From: Chiloscyllium plagiosum
Lineage: Eukaryota
Length of the DNA stretch: 64,000 bases
Assembly (NCBI RefSeq): GCF_004010195.1
Contig: NC_057753.1
Location: forward strand, 3,804,993-3,868,992
Direction of reading: 5' to 3'
Shown: positions 52,117-63,441 of the stretch, in pieces
Layout: each line of letters opens with the position of its first letter
Numbering within the stretch: the stretch's first letter is position 1
Position numbers and translations under genes: made by a program
The notes under the pieces: generated by a model
The model's input: the letters and a program-made list of their open reading frames with translations, nothing else
The model's database searches: none
Told to the model about the DNA's origin: nothing

Positions 52117-54082
52117 CATACATTGAATATATGCTTATCCTTTGAGCAGCAAGATGGTCTTTTCAAGAAGTTTTTTTTTAAGATTGTACTTTTTAATCTC
52201 TTGGTTCGTCTTGTGTTATCATCGAGTTAAACTGAAGAGTAAAATCCTGTAAAAGGTCAATGAATCTCACTGCCTTTACTTAAGGGTAGAACCCTAAAAA
52301 ATTGTCCTTGCTCATCATTTCTCCCCACTTCCTGTCGTTCTTTCTTGTGTTGTTTTTGTTTTAACATTCGTCTTCCATTTCTTATTCGTTTCTTCCTCTT
52401 TCTTCCCCTCCTCTTCCTTTTATCTGCACCTCCTCCTTTTCTTCCACCTCCCCCTCACCCTACTCCGGTGCAATTCGAGCACAAAACTGTTGGGTTTATA
52501 TGGCACAGCGCCTAACACTACCAAAGGGGAAAGAAAATGTCTAACTGGAGCATCGAAGAGTCAGAGATCTACAGCACACACACAAAAAGTCAATTGCATC
52601 CATCTCGTCAAAATAAAAGTGAGGAAAAGGTGATATGGAACTCTGCAGCTACCTATCTTTTTATAGAATTTTTAACGTCTGCTAGTATGTTATCGTCCAA
52701 TTATTTGTGTCTTATATGTTATAATGTCTTGGATTTAATCCATATTTGCTGCATGCGGAACACCAGCCAATGGGTGCCACACTTTATTACAATGCAGATG
52801 GATCAGAAACAAAAACTAATTTAAAAGTAGACTGAAATTTCCAAATAGTTGCAGTTCCCATTGAGGGGATAGATCACTTCGTTAATACCAATGCCTTGAA
52901 TGTCAAGCTAAGATCAAGACTTAACTAGTTATCTAGCTCTGTCACTTCCATTTAGCAACACCACAAGGATGCATGTCACGCTGATGCATTAATTTAGTAT
53001 AGATTTAGTACACTTGCTTCGTCAGACCAACATTTATATTTTGTGAAAAACTTAGAAAAAGCAATAAGATTCCATCCAAAAGCAATAAATAATGCTACAA
53101 ATTATAGTTTTATTTCATTGTTTAGAATTTTTAAATGAGGCATCGAAATCAAAGTTCAGGAAGCAAGCACACATACCAAAAGAAAATTGCACTTTGTTGG
53201 CACCACCAGAAGATTAACTTTGGTTCTGCTTATATTTCCTCTTGATGTAACATTCTATTTTTCTCCTGTTTATAATGAAGTCTCCCAAATCTAAATGTTG
53301 TCTGGAAATGAATTAATGCACAATTGAGCTATTAGAACAATGGATTAGAAATAAAGCCAAGGAAAAAATCGTAAGGTGGATATCTTAGACAAAAGAAATA
53401 CACATACACAAATGTAAGAAAAATTGCAACAGATAAACACTGGGAGGGCTAAGTAGCATCCATAGAAGAATCCATGATTTAATAGAGCTTCTCTGTCTAG
53501 TGTAAAGTGATATGCTAATATGAACTTGCTGACTCTGAGTGTAAAGGGCAAAAGTGAGAACACTTCTGGGAGAAGTTGGTTCACTCACCATAATTGAGAG
53601 GGAGTAGGAGAGTGGACTCTCCTTGTTTTTCATTGCTTCTTTTAAATTGCTCTTCCTCTATTTCTGATTCTTTCCATTCTTCTTCTGCTTCTCCATGTTT
53701 ATCTCCAACTCCTTCTTCTCCACTTCCCCGCTGTTGCTACCCCTGTGCAACTCTGGCATTAAAGCTATGGATTGGTATGATACATCCTGTAACATTACAA
53801 AGGAGTGTAAAAAAAAAACTCACACAGTAAAGAGCTGTCCAACTGAGGAGTCATGGAGAATAAGAAGTACTGGGAAAGGACTCTCAGCTTATTTCACCCA
53901 TGCCAGCCAAAAGCAACAGCGAGAAAAGAATGGTATGAAACTCTCCAGCTACACATTGTGGAGGGGAGTTTAATGCACTCTCAACATCTACTTTGAGCTA
54001 TCATATAACTAAAGGATAACTGATAACATCTAATACTGTATGTCTTTCGCGTTTTTGATGACTTGGATACAAGGCAGGCATG

Positions 54083-54179
54083 GCCAAGATTAGAGTGGTG
54101 CTGGAAAAGTACAGCAAGTCAGGCAAGTGCAGGAAAATCGACATTTGGGGCAAAAGCCCTTCATCAGGAATGCCTCCTC
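54083..54179 (-). mobile_element. Family A pLTR mini-insertion
   Basis: 13-bp TSD caaggcaggcatg at 54070-54082 and 54180-54192. Confidence 0.87.
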
Positions 54180-54289
54180 CAAGGCAGGCATGCCGCAGGC
54201 CAAATGCCACACACAAGATATAAAACTTTAATGCAACACAAGACTGTATTGTATACTGTCTCTACTATATATAGTGATATGACTGAACT

Positions 54290-55015
54290 ATACTGTAAAT
54301 GGAAGAGCCTTGGGAAAAGTTGATGGGCAGAGAGATCTAGGAGTTCAGGCCCATTGTGTCCTGAAGGTTGCTGCACAGGTGGATAGTGGTCAAGAAGGCA
54401 TATGGTATGCTTGCCTTCATCGAACGGAGTATTGAGTATAAGAGCTGGCAAGTCCATGTGAACATTGTACAAGACATTGGTTCAGCCGCATTTAGAATAC
54501 TGTGTACAGTTCTGGTTGCCACATTACCAAAAAGATGTGGACGCTTTGGAGAGGGTGCAGAGAAGGTTTATGAGGATGTTGCCTGGGATGGAAGGTGCTG
54601 GCTATGAAGAGAGGTTGAGTAGGTTAGGTTTGTTTTCACTAGAAAAAAAAGGAGATTGAGGGGCACCTGATTGAGGTTTACAAGTTCATGAAGAGTGGAT
54701 AGAGACAAGCTTTTTTCTCAGGGTGAATGATTCAATAACGAGAGGTCTGGCGTTCAAGGTGAGAGGTGAAAAAGTTGTGATATAGGCGGCAAGTACTTCA
54801 CACAGAGGGTGGTAGGTGCCTGGAATGCGTTACCAGCAGAGGTGGTAGAGACAGGCATGGTAGATTCATTTAAGGTGTGTCTGGACAGATGCATGAGTCG
54901 GTGGGGAACAGAGGGATACAGATGCTGAGGAATTGGGCGACAAGTTTAGACAATGGATTTGGATCGGCTCAGGCTTGGAGGGCCCAAGGGCTGTAAATTT
55001 ACTTTGTTCTTCTTT
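54290..55015 (+). mobile_element. CR1 LINE 3' fragment
   Basis: YKTLVQPHLEYCVQFWLPHYQKDVDALERVQRRF. Confidence 0.87.
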
Positions 55016-55289
55016 GTTCTAAGTCAATCTATGTGCAACAGGTGCACACGGAAATTTCCAAACAGTTGCACATATCATCGAAGGGGTATCACCCTGTTAG
55101 TATCAGTGCCTTCAACGTTGACTTGTGATCAGGGCTTTATTGGAACCGTCACTGTCCAGCTTTGAGATTGCCTGTTAGCAACATCACAGGCTAAAAAATG
55201 TAATTCAGGCTATAGGTATAGATGTACGACTGTTTCTTAATAATACCAGGGCTTACATTTTATGATAGAGGAAAGACAAACATTTGAGA

Positions 55290-55500
55290 CAGAAACAGAA
55301 ATTGCTAGAAGAGCTCAGCAAGTCTGGCAACATCTGTGAAGAGAAATCAGAGTTCACGTTTTGGGTCGAGTGAGACTTCTGAGAAAGGATCACTCAACCC
55401 AGAACGTTAGCTATAATTTCTCCTCACAGATGCTGCGAAGACCTGTTAGATTTTTTTCCCCAGCTACTTCTGTTTTTTTTTTGTCTTTGATTTACAGCAT
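55290..55500. mobile_element. Older fold-back pLTR-like unit (family D)
   Basis: Inverted arms cagaa..gct...catctgtga / tcacagatg...agctacttctg around the decayed core ctgagaaaggatcactcaacccagaacgtta. Confidence 0.6.
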
Positions 55501-56924
55501 CCTTTCTGTTTTTATTTGGACAAATATTTAAATTATGCCAAAGCAATTTAAGGATTTTAAAAGATCATTGCTTTCTATGGTTAATCGGAATAATTAAGGG
55601 AAGGGTCGAAATTATAGTTCAGGAAGCAAGTGAGCAATACATTACCAATTCAGCGAAATTACACTATGATGTTACCACTTGAAGAAATATTTTGGTTCTG
55701 TCTAATTTTGCTCTTGTTACAATGTTTTATTTTCTCCTGTCCGTATTAAGTTAAACAAAACTAATTGGTAGCTGGTAGTGAGTTGAGCTCCTAGAGAAAA
55801 AAATCAGAGATCTAAATAAGACGTGAAAAAATGTAATGTATTTATCTTAGAAAAGGTTTACATTAATTACAGGAAAAAAAACAGAAAAATACTGGTAGTA
55901 CTCATAACACGCGCAAACGAATTTATGATTCGTTGGAGCTTCTCTGGTCAGTGAAAATATACTAACTACAGGCTCTCTGATGCTGGCAGAGTACAGAGGG
56001 TGGTCGTAGAAGTGACTGAGGGTGACTCTGGGAAAAGTTGGTATGCTCACCATAACTGAGAAGGGGATTGTATCGGACTTGGTGGTCAAAAGAAGCAAGA
56101 GCATCCAAAAGCAGGCGGTAGTGAGAAGTAACTGAGGAGGATTGCGGTAGACTCAGCTCGCTTACCACAACTGAGAGGGGGCTCGCAGAGGTGCTAGTGC
56201 TGACAGGAGGAGGCATGTTAAACAGATGGCGGGAATGGGAAAGGGCTGGAGCGGATTCGGGGAGACGTCAGTCACTCAACACAACACAACACAGAATGGG
56301 ACCACAAAGACATGGTGCCTACAGGAGCAAGAGTATTTAACAGGGGGCAGTCATGACTGAGGAGGATCAGTCACTCACATGGTTCAGAAGGGGATCGTGG
56401 AGAACCTGGCAGTCAACAGGAAGGAGACGGTGCACATCCGGTGGTTGTGGTTCATTGGGAAACAACTTTGGGATGGGCAGCTTGGAGGACCGACAGGATC
56501 AGCTTCAGGAGTTAGGGAGTAGGTTGAAACACAGGACCCCAGGCGTAGTCATGTCAGATATCCTGCCTGTGCCATAAAATTCACCATTTAGTTAAAGGCA
56601 GATCAGGGTGGTAAATACATGGATGGAAGAATGACGCAGAGGGGAGAAGTGTGGATGTTTTGGACAGCGAGATCACTTTTGTGAAAGAAGAAAGCTGTTC
56701 AGAAGGAATGCACTTTACCTGAGCTGCAATGGAACTAATCTCCTGGCTGAGAGAGGAAATAGTGTGGTAGTGATGGGTTTAAACTTGTAAAGCAGGAGCC
56801 CAGGGTGATTAATGCGCCTAGTTTTTCAAGTGCTAGTGAGGTCAAAATACAGAAAATGGGAATGGGGAAAAGGAAGTGATGAACTACTTAAGTGTTGACA
56901 GTGAACAAAGTATGAGTTGCCTTG

Positions 56925-57103
56925 CATCTACCAATCACATTCTCAGCTATCTTGCCCCCAGCCCCACCCCTCACCCTCCTATTTATCTCTCAGCCCCCTT
57001 CTCTCCCTCACCCCTGATGAATGGCTTTTGCCAAAATGTCGATGCTCCTGCTCCTCGGGTGTTGCCTGACCTGCTGTGCTTTTCCAGCACCACTCTTTTT
57101 GAC
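56925..57103 (+). mobile_element. Family A PLE 3' region/pLTR
   Basis: Matches 43460-43635. Decayed hammerhead ctgatgaatggcttttgccaaaatgtc. Confidence 0.78.
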
Positions 57104-58016
57104 TAGGTGGATATGACACAGAGGGTGGTTAAAGGAGAACAGTACTGGATACCTGGCATCTCAGGTTACAAGGCTTTTAGTAGAAACATGCAGATTTAAA
57201 AAAAGAGGGGATGTGACAGTCTTGGTCAATGAATGAATGTGATGTAGTTTCTGAAATAAAATCTGTATGGTTGGAGGTGAGAATTAGGAAGGTCGCTGTG
57301 ATCTTCCCACAAAGTAGGGAGGAATTAGAAGACAGAAGACATTTGTGGGCAGATTGTGGAAGCCTGCTCAAGAGGTAGGGTTGTGATAGTTGCTGCTTTT
57401 AATAACATGGGGCATGGAGGGGGAGAAATACCTGCAAAGTATGCGGAAGGTCATTCTGCAACCCTACTTTTACAGTACTACAAGGGAGAGAGCTATACCT
57501 GCTCTGATTCTCAGTAATGAGGCAGGACAAGTGCAGAACCTTGGATTGGGGAAGCTTTTGGGAAATACCAGTCAATGTAATAAGATTCAATATTCAACTG
57601 GAAAAGGATCACAATCACTCAAGGATTAAACTCCCAGACTGGAAAAGGGCAGAGTTTTAGGGGTCTAAGATTGAACTGGAGCACATTGATTGGAAACACA
57701 TCTTGGTGGACAATGCAATCGATTAAAAATGGGCTACTTTCAAATAGAGATGAATAGGATGAAAAGTGGGTCTTTACCAATGAGAAATAAATAAGTGGCA
57801 TCCAAATCAGAAGACTAAGAATGTTAATGACAAAACAAGGAAGAGAAAGAAGGTACATGATGCATATTGGAATAATAATAGCAACAGAATTAAGGAAAAG
57901 TATCTTGAATACAGGGGAGAGACAAAGGCTGGAAAAAACAAAGGCTAAGAAAAAACTTAAGGAGAGATTGGCAGGCTGTGCTAAAACAGTCAAATATTTT
58001 TCAAATATATTATTAG

Positions 58017-58800
58017 TGTGATCATACTGCTCCTTTAACAGAATTGTGTTATTTTGTTTTCAAAATTATTTTACGACGCAAGTTCCAAATTGTCTGGCTT
58101 GATCTACTTGAAGAAGCTTTTAAGTTTTAAAAAATAACTTGCACAATTGAAGGGGAGTGGCCAGTTCTCCCAGCTCAGCTTCACTCTGGCTTGGTTTGGT
58201 TTGAGTAGTCTGCCTGTTCAGAAAAAGCAGTCAATCGGAAGGATGTTGTGAAACTTGAAAGGGTTCAGAAAAGATTTACAAGGATGTTGCCAGGGTTGGA
58301 GGGTTTGAGCTATAGGAAGAGGCTGAACAGGCTGGGGCTGTTTTCCCTGGAGCGTCGGAGGCTGAGGGGTGACCTTGTAGAGGTTTATAAAATCATGAAG
58401 GGCCATGGATAGGGTAAATAGACAAAGTCTTTTCCCTGGGGTGGGGGGAGTCCAGATCTAGAGGGCATAGGTTTAGGGTGAGAGGGGAAAGATATGAACG
58501 AGACCTAAGGGGCAACTTTTTCACGCAGAGGGTGGTGCATGTATGGAATGAGCTGCCAGAGGAAGTGGTGGAGGCTGGTACAATTACAACATTTAAAAGG
58601 CATCTGGATGGGTATATGAATAGGAAGGGTTTGGGGGGATGTGGGCCGAGTGCTGGCAGGTGGGACTAGATTGGGTTGGGCTATCTGGTCTGGGTTGGAC
58701 CGAAGGGTCTGTTTCCATGCTGTACATCTCTATGACTCCATAATTGGTTTGAGGCTGCTGGTCCGAGAAACAGCTCATGGAAGAAGGTGTTCCATGCTGA

Positions 58801-58832
<32 letters not shown>

Positions 58833-59099
58833 GTTTGCTTGTACCTTCTATGCCAATGGGGTGTTATGGGATTGTTGCAAGTAGTTGCAACAGCATCGTT
58901 CAGTTGGGGTAATCTGTTAGGTCTTTGGATAGGTTAAGTTCTTCTATATTCAGTTCTCTTTTGTTCATGTTTCATTTGGTAATCTTGGTAATATTCTTAA
59001 AACTAAGCGGTCAGACTAGTTGCATCACTTCTGGGATAAAACAACTAGCAAAAGTTATTTCTTAAGATGTTTTGAGGGGGTCTGGCTTGGTCTGTCACA
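58017..59099 (+). mobile_element. Solo LTR with nested CR1 3' fragment (~58235-58742)
   Basis: tgtga...tcaca termini and a perfect 4-bp TSD ttag (58013-58016, 59100-59103). Confidence 0.8.
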
Positions 59100-59184
59100 T
59101 TAGTGAAAGATGAGCGAAGCATAAAGCGGGGTCCATAAGGATCAAGGAAGGTAAACCACTCAGTGAATCAAAGGATATGGCAGA

Positions 59185-59500
59185 GGGGGGAGTTGGCTCA
59201 GTGGTTAACACTGCTGCCTAACAGCACCAGGGACCCAAATTAGATTCCAGCCTCGGATGACTGTATGGAGTTTGCAAATTCTACCTTTGTCTGCATGGGT
59301 TTCCTCCCACACTCTAAAGGTGTGCAGTTTAAGGTGAATTAGCCATGCTAAATTGTCCACGGTATTCAGGGATGTGTAGATTGGGTGCATTAGTCAGGGT
59401 TTAAATGTAGGGGGATGGGTCTGGATGGGTGACTCTTCGGAGGGTCGCTGTGGATTTGTTGGGCCACAGAGCCTGTTTCCACACTGTAGGGATTTTATGA
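59185..59500 (+). mobile_element. HE1-type SINE
   Basis: tggctcagtggttaacact head and gcctgtttccacact tail. Confidence 0.83.
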
Positions 59501-61513
59501 TCTACTAATGAATATTGTGTTCCCATATTTATAAACTAGAAGATTTTGACTGTGGCCCAGGTGAAAATGTGGGTGTTGGCTAACTGAGCAGTATAATGAT
59601 AAATAAAGAAATGTTAAAAAGGCTGTTAGCAATCCACAAAGGAAAGTCACCAGGCCCTGGTGGGTTGCATCCTAGATTGCTGAGAGAGTTCAGGCAGAAC
59701 ATTGCTGGTGCTGTTGACAGAAATTTCCAGGCTTCTATGAACATAACATTTGTCCTGAGCAACTGGGGATTTGAAAATATGATGTCATTTTTTAGGAAGG
59801 TGGAAAAGGATAACACTGCTTTTAGCGTAAATGAAAATCAAATATCAACTGGGTGAAGCTAAGATGGAGGACTACTTATGTACCAAACAAAATAAGCTGT
59901 AAGTTATAGGACCAAGCGATTCCACTGTCAACAGATCAGATGTAAGCTATGCAATTGAAATTCTGTGCGGCTCCGAAGAGTGGTAGTACTTTACATAAAA
60001 AGATCAATAGTAGTGTGAAGATATCAGAAGCATTCAACTGGTAGCAGACTTTTGTGCAATCAGGAGTGATGACAAGGTGATGTAAAGACAAAGGATGGGT
60101 CTAAACATAGAGAAACATGAAGAACACTGGACAGCAAGAAAAATAGGTTTGGGGATGGGAGTGAAAGAGAAGCTTATGGGTGGATACTGAGGGCTTAGTA
60201 TAGTATAATGCACAGATAACTATATGAAGAGCTGGGGTAAGCTTAAAAGCAAAGCGAATGCACGAGAAAGTATTGGTCGATATAAAAAAGGAAAAGTCGG
60301 CATCTTTTTTAAAAAATAAATGTATAGTTATATAAAAATCAAGGCGATAAAAAGTGAAAGAACTATGTTGGAAATCAGAAAGGTAACATTGTGTGGAACC
60401 AGAAGAGGTGAGCATGGTCTCCATGGTTACTTTACATTAGTACACTGATGCTGAGAAGCAGCAGTGCGTACTCTCTACAAGGTGAAACACCCACATTCCG
60501 CAGAAGCACTTCCCATATCCATGACCACTAGAGCCAAGAGCAGCAGATACCTGGGAATACCACAAACTGCAAATCCTCCACCAAGTCACTTGTCATCTCA
60601 ACTTGGAAATATGTGACTGTTCCTTTTGTGGTTTTGGGTCAATTATTTTGGAATCTTCCCCCCCCATTGCATTGCGGGTTTACATGCAATGGTTGATAAA
60701 AGCAGCTCACCACCACCTTCTCAAGTGCCTCTGGGCACCGACTATAAATGCCAGTCCATCCAGCGACCCTCATGTCCATTGAGTGAATTGAAAACGATGT
60801 GAAATATTAGCAGTTAACCTCCAGAAAGAGGGATGCTAGTGGGTTTAGCAATCTTGAAAGTACATGAATCTGCAGGCCTGGATGTGATATATCTTTTGGG
60901 AGGTAAGGGAAGTGATATTTGAGTCTCTGGAAATAACTTGCAGATTATCAATGCCAGAAGACTAAACGTTAGGACCCTGGAAAGTATTGAAGCTCAGGGG
61001 GAATTTTGTGTGCGTATCCAGAGACCCCAGAAGATATTCAGGCAGTAGATAAGGTCGTGTAATATTAGTCTAAAATATCTTTACCGTATCTTTAAGGTTT
61101 GATCCAAAATGAATGCAAGAAAACACATGCACTTTGATATGAAACAATTTTATTAGCTTTATATACTTTAGATATATGCAAACTAAAAGTGAATTTATTA
61201 GCTTAAACCACTTCAGGCATATTCAACAAGAGAGTCTTACGTTCTTTCCCTTATTGAGGGTCCCACAGTGACAGCTCGCACTCAAGAGCTCGATCTCAAT
61301 TTCGCAACATTCGTGAACTCAGTCTGATGGTGAAGTCCATGAAACTGTGAAAAGTTGCCAATATTTATAGTGCATTGAATTTGATGTTATGTGCTGGATT
61401 GCCTCTTCTGAGTATTATTCTCAAACATTTCTCTGTGCTTGGTGATCATAAGCAAGTCCAGGTACCGCTGCAAAACAGCCTACTTCCACACCAAGACCGC
61501 CGCCTTGCACAAT

Positions 61514-61643
61514 GTGGGCAAAAGTGAGGACTGCAGATGCTGGAGATCAGTGTTTAGATTAGAGTGGTGCTGAAAAAGCACAGCAGGTCAGGCAGCATCC
61601 GAGGAGCAGGAAAATCGACGTTTCGGGCAAAAACGTCGATCTT
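61514..61643 (-). mobile_element. Family A mini-element with a very short inverted arm
   Basis: atcgacgtttcgggcaaa-aacgtcgat. TSD cttgca(c/t)aat at 61504-61513 and 61644-61653. Confidence 0.83.
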
Positions 61644-61894
61644 CTTGCATAATATCCTCCACTCTCGTTACTTTCCAGTCTTCATCAATTCCTTTATTGC
61701 CATCTCCACCTAACCCTTAATAATATGGCTTTTGGATATCACTTTTGGATTCACACACTGCAGGTGGCTGAAAGTGTTTTGGGAATATTTGATATGATGA
61801 GCTGCAGCACAGAGTGTTATGCTGGAACTGTATAAAATGCTTGTTACAGGTGCAATTGAGTTGTCCTTTCATGATAGGAATGGTCTCACATTTA

Positions 61895-61990
61895 GGAATT
61901 CCTGATCAAGGGTTTATGCCCGAAACGTCAAGTCTCTTGCTCCTCGGGTGCTGCCTGCCCGCTGTGCTTTTCCAGCACCACACTCTCGAC
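61895..61990 (+). mobile_element. Family A pLTR mini-insertion
   Basis: ttcctgatcaagggtttatgcccgaaacgtc...ttttccagcacca. Confidence 0.78.
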
Positions 61991-62817
61991 GCTGAGTTAC
62001 TGAACAGTTTATTACACGCATACTGATTTTTCTCACTGCTGTGATGGAATGATTAAACTCGAGGTAGAAAGTTACAAATTCTGCAGCAAATGTCAAAAGA
62101 TTATCTTGTGTATTAGGTATAAAGTTACATTTTTTTTCCCAGCTGTCAAGCCCTGAGTGGATGCCTACCTAGTGTATGTAATGATTCACTCAGATATAGC
62201 GAATTTTGCGACCACTAAATAAAATCTTAATTGAGACGAATTATGAAGGACTGCATAATGCTGAGTTTCTTGGGATAAGTACTCACTGATGCTTTGTAAC
62301 GTCTTCCCAAGCCACTGCTGGGGTGCCTGGAACTCCGACACAGTTTGTTCTAAATGGTCGCATTCAGCTGATTTGTCCGTGTCATCATGATGGGCAATTA
62401 GATCAATAGTCATAAGGTCTGCAATGTGTGTGTTTTATTGCATGCAGTGGTGGAAATTTATGTTGTACGTCAGGGAAATGAAAACCAGTGGCAAAATGCC
62501 GAGAAGCCGTTGATACATGATGTGGACTGGGAAAGTAGGTAAGCAGAGGAACAGGCCAAAGGTGTCCCCTGAGTAAAAATGTATCCCATTAATGTTTGCC
62601 CAAGCCAAGAAATCGAGCCCCAAATGATAAATCATCAGATAGATGTATTTTCATCTCATCTCTCCGCTCTCCCTTACAGGACTGCAGCAAGGGAATCCAC
62701 ACAAGCACATCAATTCCCAGGAGGAACAAAATAATTGCTAATAGTGCATGTGGAACAATTGCCCCGTGTCATCCATGTGGACAGATCCAATTAATATACT
62801 GGCTGGTATCATGCTAG

Positions 62818-63055
62818 TAGATTAGATTACTCACAGTGTGAAAACAGGCTCTTCGGCCCAACAAGTCCACACCAACCGTCCAAGAAGTAACCCACACAGA
62901 CCCATTCCCTTAACTAATGTCCCTAACACAACGGGACAACTTAGCATAGCAAATTCACCTGGTCTGCACACCTTTGGACTATGGGAGGAATCCCACTCAG
63001 CCCGAGGCTGGAATGGAACCTGGCAGTGCTAACCACCAAGCCACTGTGCCACCCG
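62818..63055 (-). mobile_element. HE1-type SINE (internally deleted)
   Basis: Reverse-complement match to the other copies. Confidence 0.8.
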
Positions 63056-63441
63056 TAGTTAGAGCTTACAACCCAGCAAAGACAGCATGGACAGAGACAT
63101 ATACATAACAGATGCAGGCAGTGAAGGAGGATGGTGAATCTCCAGACACCACTATCCCAGACTAAGTAGCATTATTCGGTACATTAATGACAGAGATCAA
63201 CGTTTTTCTTTTAGGTGTTAATTAAATCAGAAGAAATGGGGTTAGTGTGGTCATCAGTGTTGGGTTAGATGGTCAACCAAAACTTAACTCAACATTGAGC
63301 CACCTTTAATGCACAGAATGGCCTTCTCCCATGTTATTCCATTCACATGAACATTTAAAAGCACGCTGGACGTTAGCTATATGAGACACAGGCAAGAAAA
63401 TCACAGGATACAAAATAGCTTGAAATTCACATTAGACTATT

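Larger units (their letters stand above)
56100..59820 (+). mobile_element. Old, heavily nested CR1 LINE (ORF1 esterase through ORF2)
   Basis: LQELGSRLKHRTPGVVMSDILPVP (ORF1) and GKSPGPGGLHPRLLRE (ORF2). Hosts a pLTR, an LTR and a SINE. Confidence 0.68.
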
